Source: Pseudomonadota bacterium | Lineage (GTDB): Bacteria; Pseudomonadota; Gammaproteobacteria; Pseudomonadales; Azotimanducaceae | Assembly: GCA_027624035.1 (NCBI GenBank) | Contig: JAQBUI010000009.1 | Location: 26,614-90,613 of the forward strand | DNA: 64,000 nt | Direction of reading: 5' to 3' | Part shown: in pieces, positions 51,215 to 60,298 of the stretch | Layout: each line of letters starts with the position of its first letter | How positions within the stretch are numbered: the stretch's first letter is position 1 | Notes under the pieces: model-generated | What the model was told of the DNA's origin: nothing | Database searches by the model: none | Seen by the model: only the letters and a program-made list of their open reading frames with translations | Translations under genes and position numbers: made by a program

Positions 51215-51243
51215 TTGTTCTACAGGATATTAGACTCTATAAT
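51215..51243 (+). promoter_or_regulatory. Candidate sigma70 promoter for tRNA-Leu
   Basis: TTGTTC at 51215-20 is followed by a 17-nt spacer and TATAAT at 51238-43. A GC-rich discriminator TCGCGCCC follows. The site is about 100 nt upstream of the mature tRNA. Confidence 0.45.
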
Positions 51244-51349
51244 TCGCGCCCTTCGGAGAGCCATAAGTCATTGATTCATTGGTCTCTAGTGGTTGGGTGT
51301 GCCATTCGCCGGTTGCCGACAGGCAGTAGCGCACTACCGGCAGACCGAA

Positions 51350-51435
<86 letters not shown>

Positions 51436-51490
51436 CATTATCATTCATCATCGATCATCATTAATTCATCGACAAGAGGCTGGGGAAGTC

Positions 51491-52849
51491 ATGCAAGTCA
51501 CCCTTGAAACCACGACAGGTCTGGAGCGCAGGATGCGAATCAGCGTCCCGGCAGAGCGACTGGAAACCCAGGTGGACGAAAAACTCAGGCAGACCGCCCG
51601 CCAGGTGCGCCTCAAAGGCTTTCGCCCGGGCAAGGTGCCAATGAAGGAGGTCAAGCGTCGCTTCGGCGACGGCATCCGTCAGGAGGTTTCATCTGAGTTG
51701 ATTCAGAGTTCCTTCAGTGAAGCCATTTCGGAGCGGTCTGTTTCGCCGGCCGGAACGCCGCAGATAGAGGACGTCCGGATAGAACCCGGAAAAGACCTGG
51801 AGTTCACCGCGGTGTTCGAGGTATTCCCGGAAGTCAGCCCGGGAGACTTCGGCGCGATTGAGGTCGAAAGACCCGTTGCAGAAGTCACCGACTCGGACAT
51901 TGACGAGATGATCACAAGGTTGCGCCAGCAGCGCACTGAATTCGCCGAGACAGATCGCGCGGCCGCTGCAGAGGATCAGGTCAATCTCGATTTTGAAGGC
52001 TTCGTGGACGGAGAAGCCTTTGAGGGCAACAAGGCCGAGGGCGCCGACATCGTCATCGGCAGCGGTCGAATGATTCCCGGCTTTGAAGATGGCCTGAAGG
52101 GCCTGTCGGCCGGTGACGAGAAAGATATCGACGTGACCTTCCCGGACGACTATCAGGTAGATGACCTCGCGGGTAAGGCAGCCGTATTCAAGGTGAGGGT
52201 CAACAGGGTATCAGAGTCAGTTGAACCGGAACTTAATGATGAATTCTTCAAACAGTTTGGTGTCGAAGAAGGGGGCATGGAGGCCTTTCGTGAGGAAGTC
52301 AGGAGCAATATGGGCCGGGAACTGGAAAACGCGGTTCTGAACAAGGTCAAGACCCAGGTCATGGACGGTTTGCTGGCGGTGACCGAGGTGCAGGTGCCCA
52401 GGGCGCTCGTGAGTTCCGACATTGATCGGCTTCGACGCGATGCCATTACCCAGTTTGGTGGGGGCGCGCAACTCGACCCCTCCATGCTGCCGGCAGAGAT
52501 GTTCGAAAAACAGGCGACCAGACGAGTATCGCTCGGCCTGATCCTGAATGCGGTGGTCGAGAAGACGGATCTTCAGGTGGATGACGACCTCGTTCGTGCC
52601 AAGATCGAGAAGATGGCGAGTTCCTATGATGAGCCTGAACAGGTCGTGAACTTCTATTACTCAAATGAACAACAGTTGGCACAAATTCGGAATATGGTCC
52701 TCGAAGAACAGGTTGTAGGATTGATTCTCGACCAGGCAAAGGTTACCGACGTGACCATGAAGTATGCTGATGCGGTCAAGCCCCCGGAGACTGAGGCTGA
52801 TGATGAGGCCGACGCAGACGCTGACGCTGACGGGAGCGCCGGTTCGTAA
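51491..52849 (+). CDS. tig: Trigger factor
   Basis: MQVTLETTTGLERRMRISVPAERLETQVDEKL and the ribosome-binding GFRPGKVP motif are present, with an FKBP middle domain. The 452-aa protein has an unusual acidic (D-A)n tail. Confidence 0.95.
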   Translation: MQVTLETTTGLERRMRISVPAERLETQVDEKLRQTARQVRLKGFRPGKVPMKEVKRRFGDGIRQEVSSELIQSSFSEAISERSVSPAGTPQIEDVRIEPGKDLEFTAVFEVFPEVSPGDFGAIEVERPVAEVTDSDIDEMITRLRQQRTEFAETDRAAAAEDQVNLDFEGFVDGEAFEGNKAEGADIVIGSGRMIPGFEDGLKGLSAGDEKDIDVTFPDDYQVDDLAGKAAVFKVRVNRVSESVEPELNDEFFKQFGVEEGGMEAFREEVRSNMGRELENAVLNKVKTQVMDGLLAVTEVQVPRALVSSDIDRLRRDAITQFGGGAQLDPSMLPAEMFEKQATRRVSLGLILNAVVEKTDLQVDDDLVRAKIEKMASSYDEPEQVVNFYYSNEQQLAQIRNMVLEEQVVGLILDQAKVTDVTMKYADAVKPPETEADDEADADADADGSAGS

Positions 52850-52947
52850 TCGGATGCCAGGAACACGAGACGGGTTGAAATTCGGCCCAAAGATACGCAT
52901 ATTGAGCAAGGCCGAATGCTGTGCGCTACGACGATGATAGCAACGGC

Positions 52948-53018
52948 GATGCAACATAGATTGCAACATAGATTGCAACATAGATTGCAGCATAGATTGC
53001 AACAGAGATTGCAACAGA
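52948..53018. repeat. 12-bp tandem repeat, 6 units (GATTGCAACATA consensus), in the tig-clpP spacer
   Basis: Units are GAT-GCAACATA, GATTGCAACATA x2, GATTGCAGCATA and GATTGCAACAGA x2. Each unit contains the hexamer palindrome TTGCAA (TTGCAG in one unit). Confidence 0.9.
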
Positions 53019-53121
53019 AACAGTAAAGGCAGGCCAGCGGCGCAAAGGCTGATCGCACAGATTTGGTATTCCCAGGGTCCGCGAAGGTAGCGGATGCAAT
53101 TCGAGGTGATCGAGGTGATCA

Positions 53122-53772
53122 ATGGAAATTTTTGATGACAGGCACGAGGCGACCGGCCTTGGGCTCATACCCATGGTGCTTGAACAGACTGCCCGGGGTG
53201 AGCGTTCATACGACATCTATTCCCGTCTGCTCAAGGAGAGGATCATCTTCATCGTCGGTCCGATTGACGACAATGTGGCCAATCTGGTGTGCGCCCAGCT
53301 GCTGTTCGCCGAGCATGAGAACGCGGACAAGGAAGTGTCACTTTATATCAATTCTCCAGGCGGTTCGGTGACCGCGGGACTGTCCATCTACGATACGATG
53401 CAGTTCATTCATTGTGATGTCCGTACGGTCTGTCTCGGTCAGGCAGCCAGTATGGGTGCGCTGCTGCTTGCTGGCGGTGCCAAAGGACTGCGTTCCTGTC
53501 TGCCCAATTCAAGAGTGATGATTCACCAGCCCAGCGGCGGGTCCCAGGGTCAGGCATCAGACATAGAGATTCAGGCCCGTGAGATCCTTTATCTGCGGCA
53601 ACGAATGAACGAGATCATGGCCCAGCACACGGGCCGAACCGCAGATGAGATTGCCCGTGACACAGAGCGGGATCATTTCATGACTCCGACCCAGGCCAGG
53701 GAGTATGGCATCATTGATGACGTCTGGCAGCCGCGGACCGAACTGGCGTCGGTGGCCAGATCCGGCGCGTAA
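53122..53772 (+). CDS. clpP: ATP-dependent Clp protease proteolytic subunit
   Basis: The catalytic Ser (GQAASMG), His (MIHQP) and Asp (RDHFM) contexts are all present. The protein is 216 aa. Confidence 0.97.
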   Translation: MEIFDDRHEATGLGLIPMVLEQTARGERSYDIYSRLLKERIIFIVGPIDDNVANLVCAQLLFAEHENADKEVSLYINSPGGSVTAGLSIYDTMQFIHCDVRTVCLGQAASMGALLLAGGAKGLRSCLPNSRVMIHQPSGGSQGQASDIEIQAREILYLRQRMNEIMAQHTGRTADEIARDTERDHFMTPTQAREYGIIDDVWQPRTELASVARSGA

Positions 53773-53865
53773 GGGGCGCAGGCGGTATGCTGGCTGGGAA
53801 GTGGTTTGAATCAGGTTATAATGGCCTCTCTCAAGAGGTGAAGAGTTAAATTTTAGGATAGGTAT

Positions 53866-55143
53866 ATGGCAGACGAACGCGGCGGAAACAATGGCGACGG
53901 CAAGCTGTTACACTGTAATTTCTGTGGTAAGAGCCAGCATGAAGTTCGCAAGCTGATCGCTGGGCCATCGGTCTACGTTTGTGATGAGTGCGTTGAACTC
54001 TGTAACGACATCATTCGTGAAGAACTGCAGGAAAGCAGCGACGAATCGGAAGTCAAAAAGCTGCCGACTCCTGGAGAGATCAAGGACATTCTGGATGAAT
54101 ATGTCATTGGTCAGCACTGGGCAAAGAAAGTGCTTTCGGTCGCGGTTTACAACCATTACAAGCGTTTGAATTATGCGGGCCGCAAGGATGATGTCGAACT
54201 GCAGAAGAGCAATATCCTGCTGATTGGTCCTACTGGTGTCGGCAAGACGCTGCTCGCTGAAACCCTGGCGCGGCTGCTGGACGTCCCGTTCACCATCGCG
54301 GATGCAACGACGCTCACCGAAGCAGGGTATGTGGGTGAGGATGTCGAGAATATCATCCAGAAGCTGCTGCAGAAATGTGATTACGACGTGGACAAGGCTC
54401 AGGTCGGGATCGTTTACATTGACGAGATTGACAAGATCTCACGCAAGTCTGATAACCCTTCCATCACCCGGGATGTATCCGGAGAGGGTGTCCAGCAGGC
54501 ATTGTTGAAGCTGATTGAAGGGACCGTGGCATCAGTTCCGCCCCAGGGTGGCCGAAAGCATCCCCAGCAGGAGTTCCTGCAGGTGGATACGTCCAACATT
54601 CTGTTTATCTGTGGCGGAGCATTTTCGGGTCTCGACAAGGTGATTCTGGACCGTTCCTCCAAGAGCGGGATTGGCTTTGCCGCCAGCGTTCAGACGGAGG
54701 CCAACCGGAAGAATCTGGGCGAAACCCTGCGCACCGTCGAACCCGAGGACCTGGTGCGCTACGGGCTGATTCCTGAGTTCGTCGGCCGCCTTCCGGTGAC
54801 CGCGACACTGGAAGAACTGGACATCGAAGCACTGGTGCGGATTCTGCGGGAACCGAAGAACGCCTACACCAAGCAATATGCAAAGCTGTTCGAAATGGAA
54901 GATGTGGAGCTCGATTTCAGGGAGGATGCCCTGGTGGCGATTGCCGCCAAGGCCATGGCCAGAAAGACCGGTGCCCGAGGGCTCCGATCAATCCTCGAAA
55001 ACGTACTGCTGGAAGTCATGTACAAGATTCCCTCGGAAGAAGGGGTGACCAAGGTCATCGTTGACGAGAACGTGATCAACGGGCTCTGTGAGCCAATGCT
55101 GATCTACGAAAACCAGGAACAGCAGAAGGTACTGCCCGAGTAA
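53866..55143 (+). CDS. clpX: ATP-dependent Clp protease ATP-binding subunit ClpX
   Basis: It has the zinc-binding N-domain [30 protein letters not shown] and Walker [12 protein letters not shown]. The protein is 425 aa. Confidence 0.97.
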   Translation: MADERGGNNGDGKLLHCNFCGKSQHEVRKLIAGPSVYVCDECVELCNDIIREELQESSDESEVKKLPTPGEIKDILDEYVIGQHWAKKVLSVAVYNHYKRLNYAGRKDDVELQKSNILLIGPTGVGKTLLAETLARLLDVPFTIADATTLTEAGYVGEDVENIIQKLLQKCDYDVDKAQVGIVYIDEIDKISRKSDNPSITRDVSGEGVQQALLKLIEGTVASVPPQGGRKHPQQEFLQVDTSNILFICGGAFSGLDKVILDRSSKSGIGFAASVQTEANRKNLGETLRTVEPEDLVRYGLIPEFVGRLPVTATLEELDIEALVRILREPKNAYTKQYAKLFEMEDVELDFREDALVAIAAKAMARKTGARGLRSILENVLLEVMYKIPSEEGVTKVIVDENVINGLCEPMLIYENQEQQKVLPE

Positions 55144-55179
55144 TTCAAGACATTTACCCGTGTCAGGTACAGTAAGCCA

Positions 55180-55210
55180 GGAAAAGGGCCCGTTCGGGCC
55201 CTTTTCCTTT
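55180..55210 (+). terminator. Rho-independent terminator after clpX
   Basis: GGAAAAGGGCCC-GTTC-GGGCCCTTTTCC forms a 12-bp perfect stem followed by TTTG. Confidence 0.7.
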
Positions 55211-55346
55211 GTCGACTGTCTTTCCCAATCCCTGTGTCAGTGAAAAAAAACTGTCGGTAGTCGAAAAGAGCCACTCACGGCGGGCTTTTCTTTGTAAGAT
55301 AGCGGGGTGTTTCAGCCGGGCGATGCACCGGTCACATGGAGTTCTA

Positions 55347-57755
55347 ATGACCCGTTTACAAGATATCCCTGTCGTAACCCTCAAGGACATGGTGGTTTAC
55401 CCTCATGGGGTCCAGGCGCTTTTTATCGGTACCGAAAAGTCCATCCGGGCGCTGGACTTCGCCCTTGAAAACGATCCTGAGCAGCGGGTCCTGCTGGTCG
55501 CCAAAGTCGACCCCGACAACGCGACCCCAGGGGTGGCGGATCTGTATCGGTTTGGGACCATTGCCAAGATTCTGCAACCCATCAAGCTGCCTGACAAGAC
55601 GGTCAAAATTCTGGTCGAGGGCAAGAGCCGCGCCGAGATCACCGATCTTCGTGACGAGGAAGCGTTCTTTACGGCTGATGTTGAGACCGTCGGGGACGAA
55701 GCGCTATCCCAGGGTGAGGCCGAAGCCCTGATCAGGTCATTGATGACCGCCTTTGAGCAATACGTACAAGTCAGCAAAAAAGTCCCTGCAGAGGTCATGA
55801 CATCGCTCTCTACGGTCGATGATCCGAGCCGCCTGGCTGACGCGATTGCGGCTCAGCTGAACAATCTGAAGCTGGATCAGAAGCAGCAGATCCTGGAGAT
55901 GACCGGGCTGCGGCAGCGGGTTGATCACATGCTCGCACTGCTGGCCGGGGAAGTGGATGTATTCAACGTAGAAAAGCGTATCCACGGTCGTGTGAAGAAG
56001 CAGATGGAGAAGACCCAGCGCGAGTACTACCTCAATGAGCAGATGAAGGCGATCCAGAAAGAACTGGGTGACATGGATGACGCGCCCAACGAGCTTGAGG
56101 AGATGGCCAGGAAACTTGACGCCTCCGGTATGCCAAAGGAAGCCAGGGAGAAGACCCAGGCGGAAATGAATAAACTCAAGATGATGTCACCGATGTCTGC
56201 CGAGGCAACAGTGGTGCGCAGCTACATCGAGTGGATGTTGAATACCCCATGGAAGAAGCGCTCCCGTGTTCGGACAGATATTGCGTCGGCCGAAGAGGTG
56301 CTTGAGGCTGATCACTATGGTCTGGAGGAAGTAAAGGACCGGATCCTGGAATATCTTGCGGTCCAGAAGCGGGTCAGAAAGATCAAGGGACCGGTACTCT
56401 GCCTGGTTGGTCCTCCCGGTGTGGGCAAAACCTCCCTCGGGGAGTCCATAGCCCGTGCCACCAATCGGAAGTTCGTCAGAATGGCTCTTGGCGGCGTCCG
56501 CGATGAAGCAGAAATAAGGGGTCACCGCCGAACCTACATAGGCTCAATGCCCGGCAAGATCATTCAGAAGATCTCCAAGTGTGGTGTCAAGAACCCGCTG
56601 TTTCTGCTCGATGAGATTGACAAGATGGGTCAGGACCATCGTGGGGACCCTGCATCTGCACTGCTTGAGGTGCTTGACCCTGAGCAGAATAACACGTTTA
56701 ACGACCACTATATGGAAGTAGATTATGACCTCTCGGAGGTCATGTTCATTTGCACCTCGAACTCAATGAACATTCCCACGCCGTTACTGGATCGAATGGA
56801 GATCATTCGAATTCCAGGATATACGGAGGACGAAAAGCTCAATATTGCCAGGCGCTATCTGGTTCCGAAGCAGATCAAGAACAACGGTGTCAAGGCAGAT
56901 GAACTCGATATCACAGATGAGGCGCTGCTTGGTCTGATCCGCTACTACACCAGGGAAGCCGGTGTGCGGGGGCTTGAGCGTGAAATCGCCAAACTTTGCC
57001 GCAAGGTCGTCAAGGAAAACGCGTTGTTACAGGATCAGACTCCAGCCTGTCTGGCGATCGGCAGCAATGAACTCGAGGAGTATTCCGGTGTTCGAAAGTT
57101 CAGTTACGGGCTGGCTGAGGAACAGGATCAGGTAGGGCAGGTGACTGGTCTTGCCGTGACCAGTGTGGGCGGGGAACTGCTCACCATCGAGGCCGTGGCC
57201 GTGAAGGGAAAGGGCAGAACCACCAAGACGGGTTCTCTGGGCGATGTCATGCAGGAGTCGATTCAGGCTGCAATGACCGTAGTGCGTAGCCGGGCTGCCA
57301 TTCTGGGTATTTCGCCAGAGTTCCATGAGCAGCACGATTTGCACGTTCATATGCCGGAAGGCGCCACACCGAAAGATGGCCCCAGTGCAGGGATTGCTCT
57401 GTGCACCGCCCTTGTGTCAGTCCTGACTGGCATACCCGCCCGGTCTGATGTCGCCATGACGGGTGAGATTACGCTCCGCGGCCAGGTCCTCAGAATTGGG
57501 GGACTTAAGGAGAAATTGCTGGCAGCCCACCGGGGCGGGATCAAGACCGTACTGATCCCTGCTGAAAATGAGCGAGACCTGAAGGAGATTCCCGATAACA
57601 TCAAGAGTGATCTGAACATTATTGCAGTCAAATGGATAGACGAGGTTCTGGAAGTGGCGCTTCAGCGCATGCCAGAACCGCTTGCCCCCGCGCCGGCCAC
57701 GGAGTCGGAATCAGGGCCGGAAGGTGATGAAGATCACAGAATACGGGCACACTAG
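55347..57755 (+). CDS. lon: Lon protease
   Basis: It starts MTRLQDIPVVTLKDMVVYPHG. Walker A GPPGVGKTS, the catalytic Ser PKDGPSAGIA and the Lys in GGLKEKLLAA are present. The start is trimmed from 55209 to ATG 55347, with GGAG 6 nt upstream, giving 802 aa. Confidence 0.97.
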   Translation: MTRLQDIPVVTLKDMVVYPHGVQALFIGTEKSIRALDFALENDPEQRVLLVAKVDPDNATPGVADLYRFGTIAKILQPIKLPDKTVKILVEGKSRAEITDLRDEEAFFTADVETVGDEALSQGEAEALIRSLMTAFEQYVQVSKKVPAEVMTSLSTVDDPSRLADAIAAQLNNLKLDQKQQILEMTGLRQRVDHMLALLAGEVDVFNVEKRIHGRVKKQMEKTQREYYLNEQMKAIQKELGDMDDAPNELEEMARKLDASGMPKEAREKTQAEMNKLKMMSPMSAEATVVRSYIEWMLNTPWKKRSRVRTDIASAEEVLEADHYGLEEVKDRILEYLAVQKRVRKIKGPVLCLVGPPGVGKTSLGESIARATNRKFVRMALGGVRDEAEIRGHRRTYIGSMPGKIIQKISKCGVKNPLFLLDEIDKMGQDHRGDPASALLEVLDPEQNNTFNDHYMEVDYDLSEVMFICTSNSMNIPTPLLDRMEIIRIPGYTEDEKLNIARRYLVPKQIKNNGVKADELDITDEALLGLIRYYTREAGVRGLEREIAKLCRKVVKENALLQDQTPACLAIGSNELEEYSGVRKFSYGLAEEQDQVGQVTGLAVTSVGGELLTIEAVAVKGKGRTTKTGSLGDVMQESIQAAMTVVRSRAAILGISPEFHEQHDLHVHMPEGATPKDGPSAGIALCTALVSVLTGIPARSDVAMTGEITLRGQVLRIGGLKEKLLAAHRGGIKTVLIPAENERDLKEIPDNIKSDLNIIAVKWIDEVLEVALQRMPEPLAPAPATESESGPEGDEDHRIRAH

Positions 57756-57997
57756 TGGTTTTCCTTGACAGTTATTTTGGCCAGTTGGTAAGGTTCTGCG
57801 GTGCATACCCGGTATTGTCGGCAAACGGAAATTGCCTGGAGAATTTCGAGCCAACACGAGTCAAATTTCCACATTTTTGAAAACTTATAACAAACGATTC
57901 AAAAAACTAACAATCACCTTCGACAAAGCACAATCACGACAAAGACGACAAACACGATCTCGACAAAACACCTTCGACAAAACAAAAGGGGACCAGA

Positions 57998-58270
57998 GTG
58001 AACAAGCAAGAACTAATCGAAAACATCGCGACATCTGCCGACATTACCAAGGCGGCAGCTGGCAGAGCACTTGATTCAGTCATCGACTCCATTACCGATT
58101 CGCTGAAGAAAGGAGATTCTGTAGTACTGGTCGGGTTTGGTACCTTCTCGGTTCGCAGCCGGGCGGCGCGCACTGGGCGAAACCCACAGACGGGCCAGGA
58201 GATTCAAATCTCGGCGGCCAACGTTCCTGCGTTCAAGGCGGGTAAGGCGCTTAAGGACGCTGTTAACTAA
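57998..58270 (+). CDS. hupB: DNA-binding protein HU-beta
   Basis: [66 protein letters not shown] is the canonical HU sequence. The protein is 90 aa, with a GTG start, and lies in the lon-hupB-ppiD context. Confidence 0.95.
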   Translation: MNKQELIENIATSADITKAAAGRALDSVIDSITDSLKKGDSVVLVGFGTFSVRSRAARTGRNPQTGQEIQISAANVPAFKAGKALKDAVN

Positions 58271-58319
58271 GACAGGTCATTCGGGTCTCCCAAAAAGGGG
58301 GCCTGGACACAGATTGACA

Positions 58320-58349
58320 ATGGCGCATCCGGTATGCGCCATTTTTGTT
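58320..58349 (+). terminator. Rho-independent terminator after hupB
   Basis: ATGGCGCAT-CCGGT-ATGCGCCAT forms a 9-bp stem followed by TTTTGTT. Confidence 0.7.
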
Positions 58350-58388
58350 CACCCTTCTTATCTTGTTAGATTCTTTGTGAGGTAGTAC

Positions 58389-60275
58389 ATGCTGATTCAA
58401 CGCCTTCGTGACAGATCTGAGGGTGTCTTTTCGAAGATTCTCATTGGACTGATCATCGTCGTGTTCGGGCTGTTCGGCTTTGGTTCAATCACGACTTTCC
58501 TGGCGCCGGTTCCGAAGGTGGCGGAAGTCAATGGCGAAGACATTACCCAGCAGGAAATGGAAATGTCGGTCGAGCGCAATCGACGGCTGTTGCTTGCGCA
58601 GAACGTCAATCCTCTGGAAATCGATGAGGATTCGCTTCGTAGCAACGTCCTCCAATCCCTGATCAACAGGAAACTACTGTCCCAGGCTGCAGCCTCGCTT
58701 GATCTGGCGTTCAGCGAAGAGCAACTGGATCAGGAAATCGTCACAACGGATGCCTTCAAGATTGACGGCATATTTGACAGTCAGCAGTTTCAGCGAGTGA
58801 TTGGAAGTGCAGGGTACTCGCCCCTGTCTTATCGGCGGGAAATGCGCCAGGATCGTTTGTTCCAGCAAATGTCCCAGGCCATTTCGGGCACAGCATTTGT
58901 CACCAGCGCCGCCATTGATCGCGCCGGCAGTCTGACCGGACAGACCCGGGACGTCGCGCTATTGCGCATTGATGTTGATTCACTGATCGATGGCGTTGGC
59001 GTCACAGACGAGGAGCAGCGTGAATACTATGCCAACAATCAGTCGGAGTTTGAGTCGCCGGAGACCATTGATATCGCCTATCTTGAATTGAAGCGTTCAG
59101 ACTTTATGGACGATGTGGAGGTGAACGAGGCCGACCTGGAGTCGTTTTTTGAGGAACGTCGTGCCCGTTATTCCCGTGCCGAGTCGAGGCGTCTCGCGCA
59201 CATCCTGGTGGAGACCGGTGAGGACGAGCAGGCCTCAAGCCAGGAGATCAACGACATCTACCAGAAACTCTTGAATGGCGGTGACTTCAGCGAACTTGCC
59301 AAAGAATTCTCTGACGATCCCGGTTCTGCTGCCAATGGTGGTGACCTGGGTTTTGCGGAGCCAGGGGCGTATGTTCCGGAATTTGAAGACGCGGCGTTTG
59401 CACTTGGTATGAATGAACTGTCGAAGCCGGTCCGTACGGAGTTCGGATATCACATCATCAAGCTGCTGGATTTGACACCGGCAAACGAGCCTGCCTTGGA
59501 GGAGATCAGAGCAGAGGTTGAAAGCGCTTACCGCGAGTCTCTGGCGGAAGAGCTTTTCGTCAGTGCATCGGCGCGACTGGGCGAACTGGCATTTGAGGCG
59601 GCTGACCTGATCGAGCCGGCCGCGGCCCTTGGGCTCGAGGTCAAGTCCACGGGGCCGGTCAGTCGGAATGAAACTGGTGGCATTGGTGCCAGCGATGCGG
59701 TCATCGCCGCAGTTTACAGCGACGATCTGCTGATTGATGGCAACAACAGCGATGTGATTGAAATCACTCCTGATGAGCATGTGGTGGTCAGGGTGAAGCA
59801 ATATCAGCCCAGTGAGATTCGGCCATACGAGATGGTGGCATCAACGATTGCGGAAAAGCTTCGCCTGCAAAAGGCCAGTGACCTGGCCGAGGCGCGAGCG
59901 CGGGAGATTGTCGACCAGTTGGAGTCCGGCTCGCTGACGCGTTACGTTGCGGATCAACATGGTCTTGAGTGGCAGACTCAGGAAGCCGTAACGCGTGGTT
60001 CAATGGATCTGGAAGGCGGCATCAGGAGCTATGCATTCTCACTACCGAGACCCGATGAAAGCGGCAAATCGGTAGGCTATACGACTGCCGACGACGGGGA
60101 TGCCGTGGTGGTCACCGTGACCAATGTCCGGAACAAGGAGCCGTCGGGCTCGACTGAGGCAGACATCCCGGGTCTGGGTCGGGTACTGGCCGCGCAGGAG
60201 GGCCGCACGGTCTTCAGTGAATTTCAGGCCGCGCTGGCAGACTCGGCGGACATCGAGCGGCAACTGGTCGACTAG
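58389..60275 (+). CDS. ppiD: Periplasmic chaperone / peptidyl-prolyl isomerase PpiD
   Basis: It has an N-terminal TM anchor (KILIGLIIVVFGLFGF). The parvulin domain is FSELAKEFSDDPGSAANGGDLGF...FGYHIIKL. The protein is 628 aa. Confidence 0.9.
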   Translation: MLIQRLRDRSEGVFSKILIGLIIVVFGLFGFGSITTFLAPVPKVAEVNGEDITQQEMEMSVERNRRLLLAQNVNPLEIDEDSLRSNVLQSLINRKLLSQAAASLDLAFSEEQLDQEIVTTDAFKIDGIFDSQQFQRVIGSAGYSPLSYRREMRQDRLFQQMSQAISGTAFVTSAAIDRAGSLTGQTRDVALLRIDVDSLIDGVGVTDEEQREYYANNQSEFESPETIDIAYLELKRSDFMDDVEVNEADLESFFEERRARYSRAESRRLAHILVETGEDEQASSQEINDIYQKLLNGGDFSELAKEFSDDPGSAANGGDLGFAEPGAYVPEFEDAAFALGMNELSKPVRTEFGYHIIKLLDLTPANEPALEEIRAEVESAYRESLAEELFVSASARLGELAFEAADLIEPAAALGLEVKSTGPVSRNETGGIGASDAVIAAVYSDDLLIDGNNSDVIEITPDEHVVVRVKQYQPSEIRPYEMVASTIAEKLRLQKASDLAEARAREIVDQLESGSLTRYVADQHGLEWQTQEAVTRGSMDLEGGIRSYAFSLPRPDESGKSVGYTTADDGDAVVVTVTNVRNKEPSGSTEADIPGLGRVLAAQEGRTVFSEFQAALADSADIERQLVD

Positions 60276-60298
60276 CACTTGCCGGGCAGGGGCCGGAA

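Noticed and set aside
52948-53018. The 12-bp repeat array as a CRISPR array.
   Set aside because: The units are directly abutting with no spacers, the unit length is far below CRISPR repeat size, and no cas genes are present. It is reported as a tandem repeat instead.
55255-55300. A possible sigma32 promoter for lon: TCGAAAA-N14-CGGGCTTT.
   Set aside because: The -10 element has three mismatches to CCCCATnT and the -35 element is imperfect, so it is too weak to call from sequence alone. Likewise, no convincing sigma32 site was found upstream of clpP.
57765-57793. TTGACA-N18-TAAGGT after lon as the hupB promoter.
   Set aside because: The -10 element is poor and the spacer is long. It cannot be distinguished from chance without TSS data.
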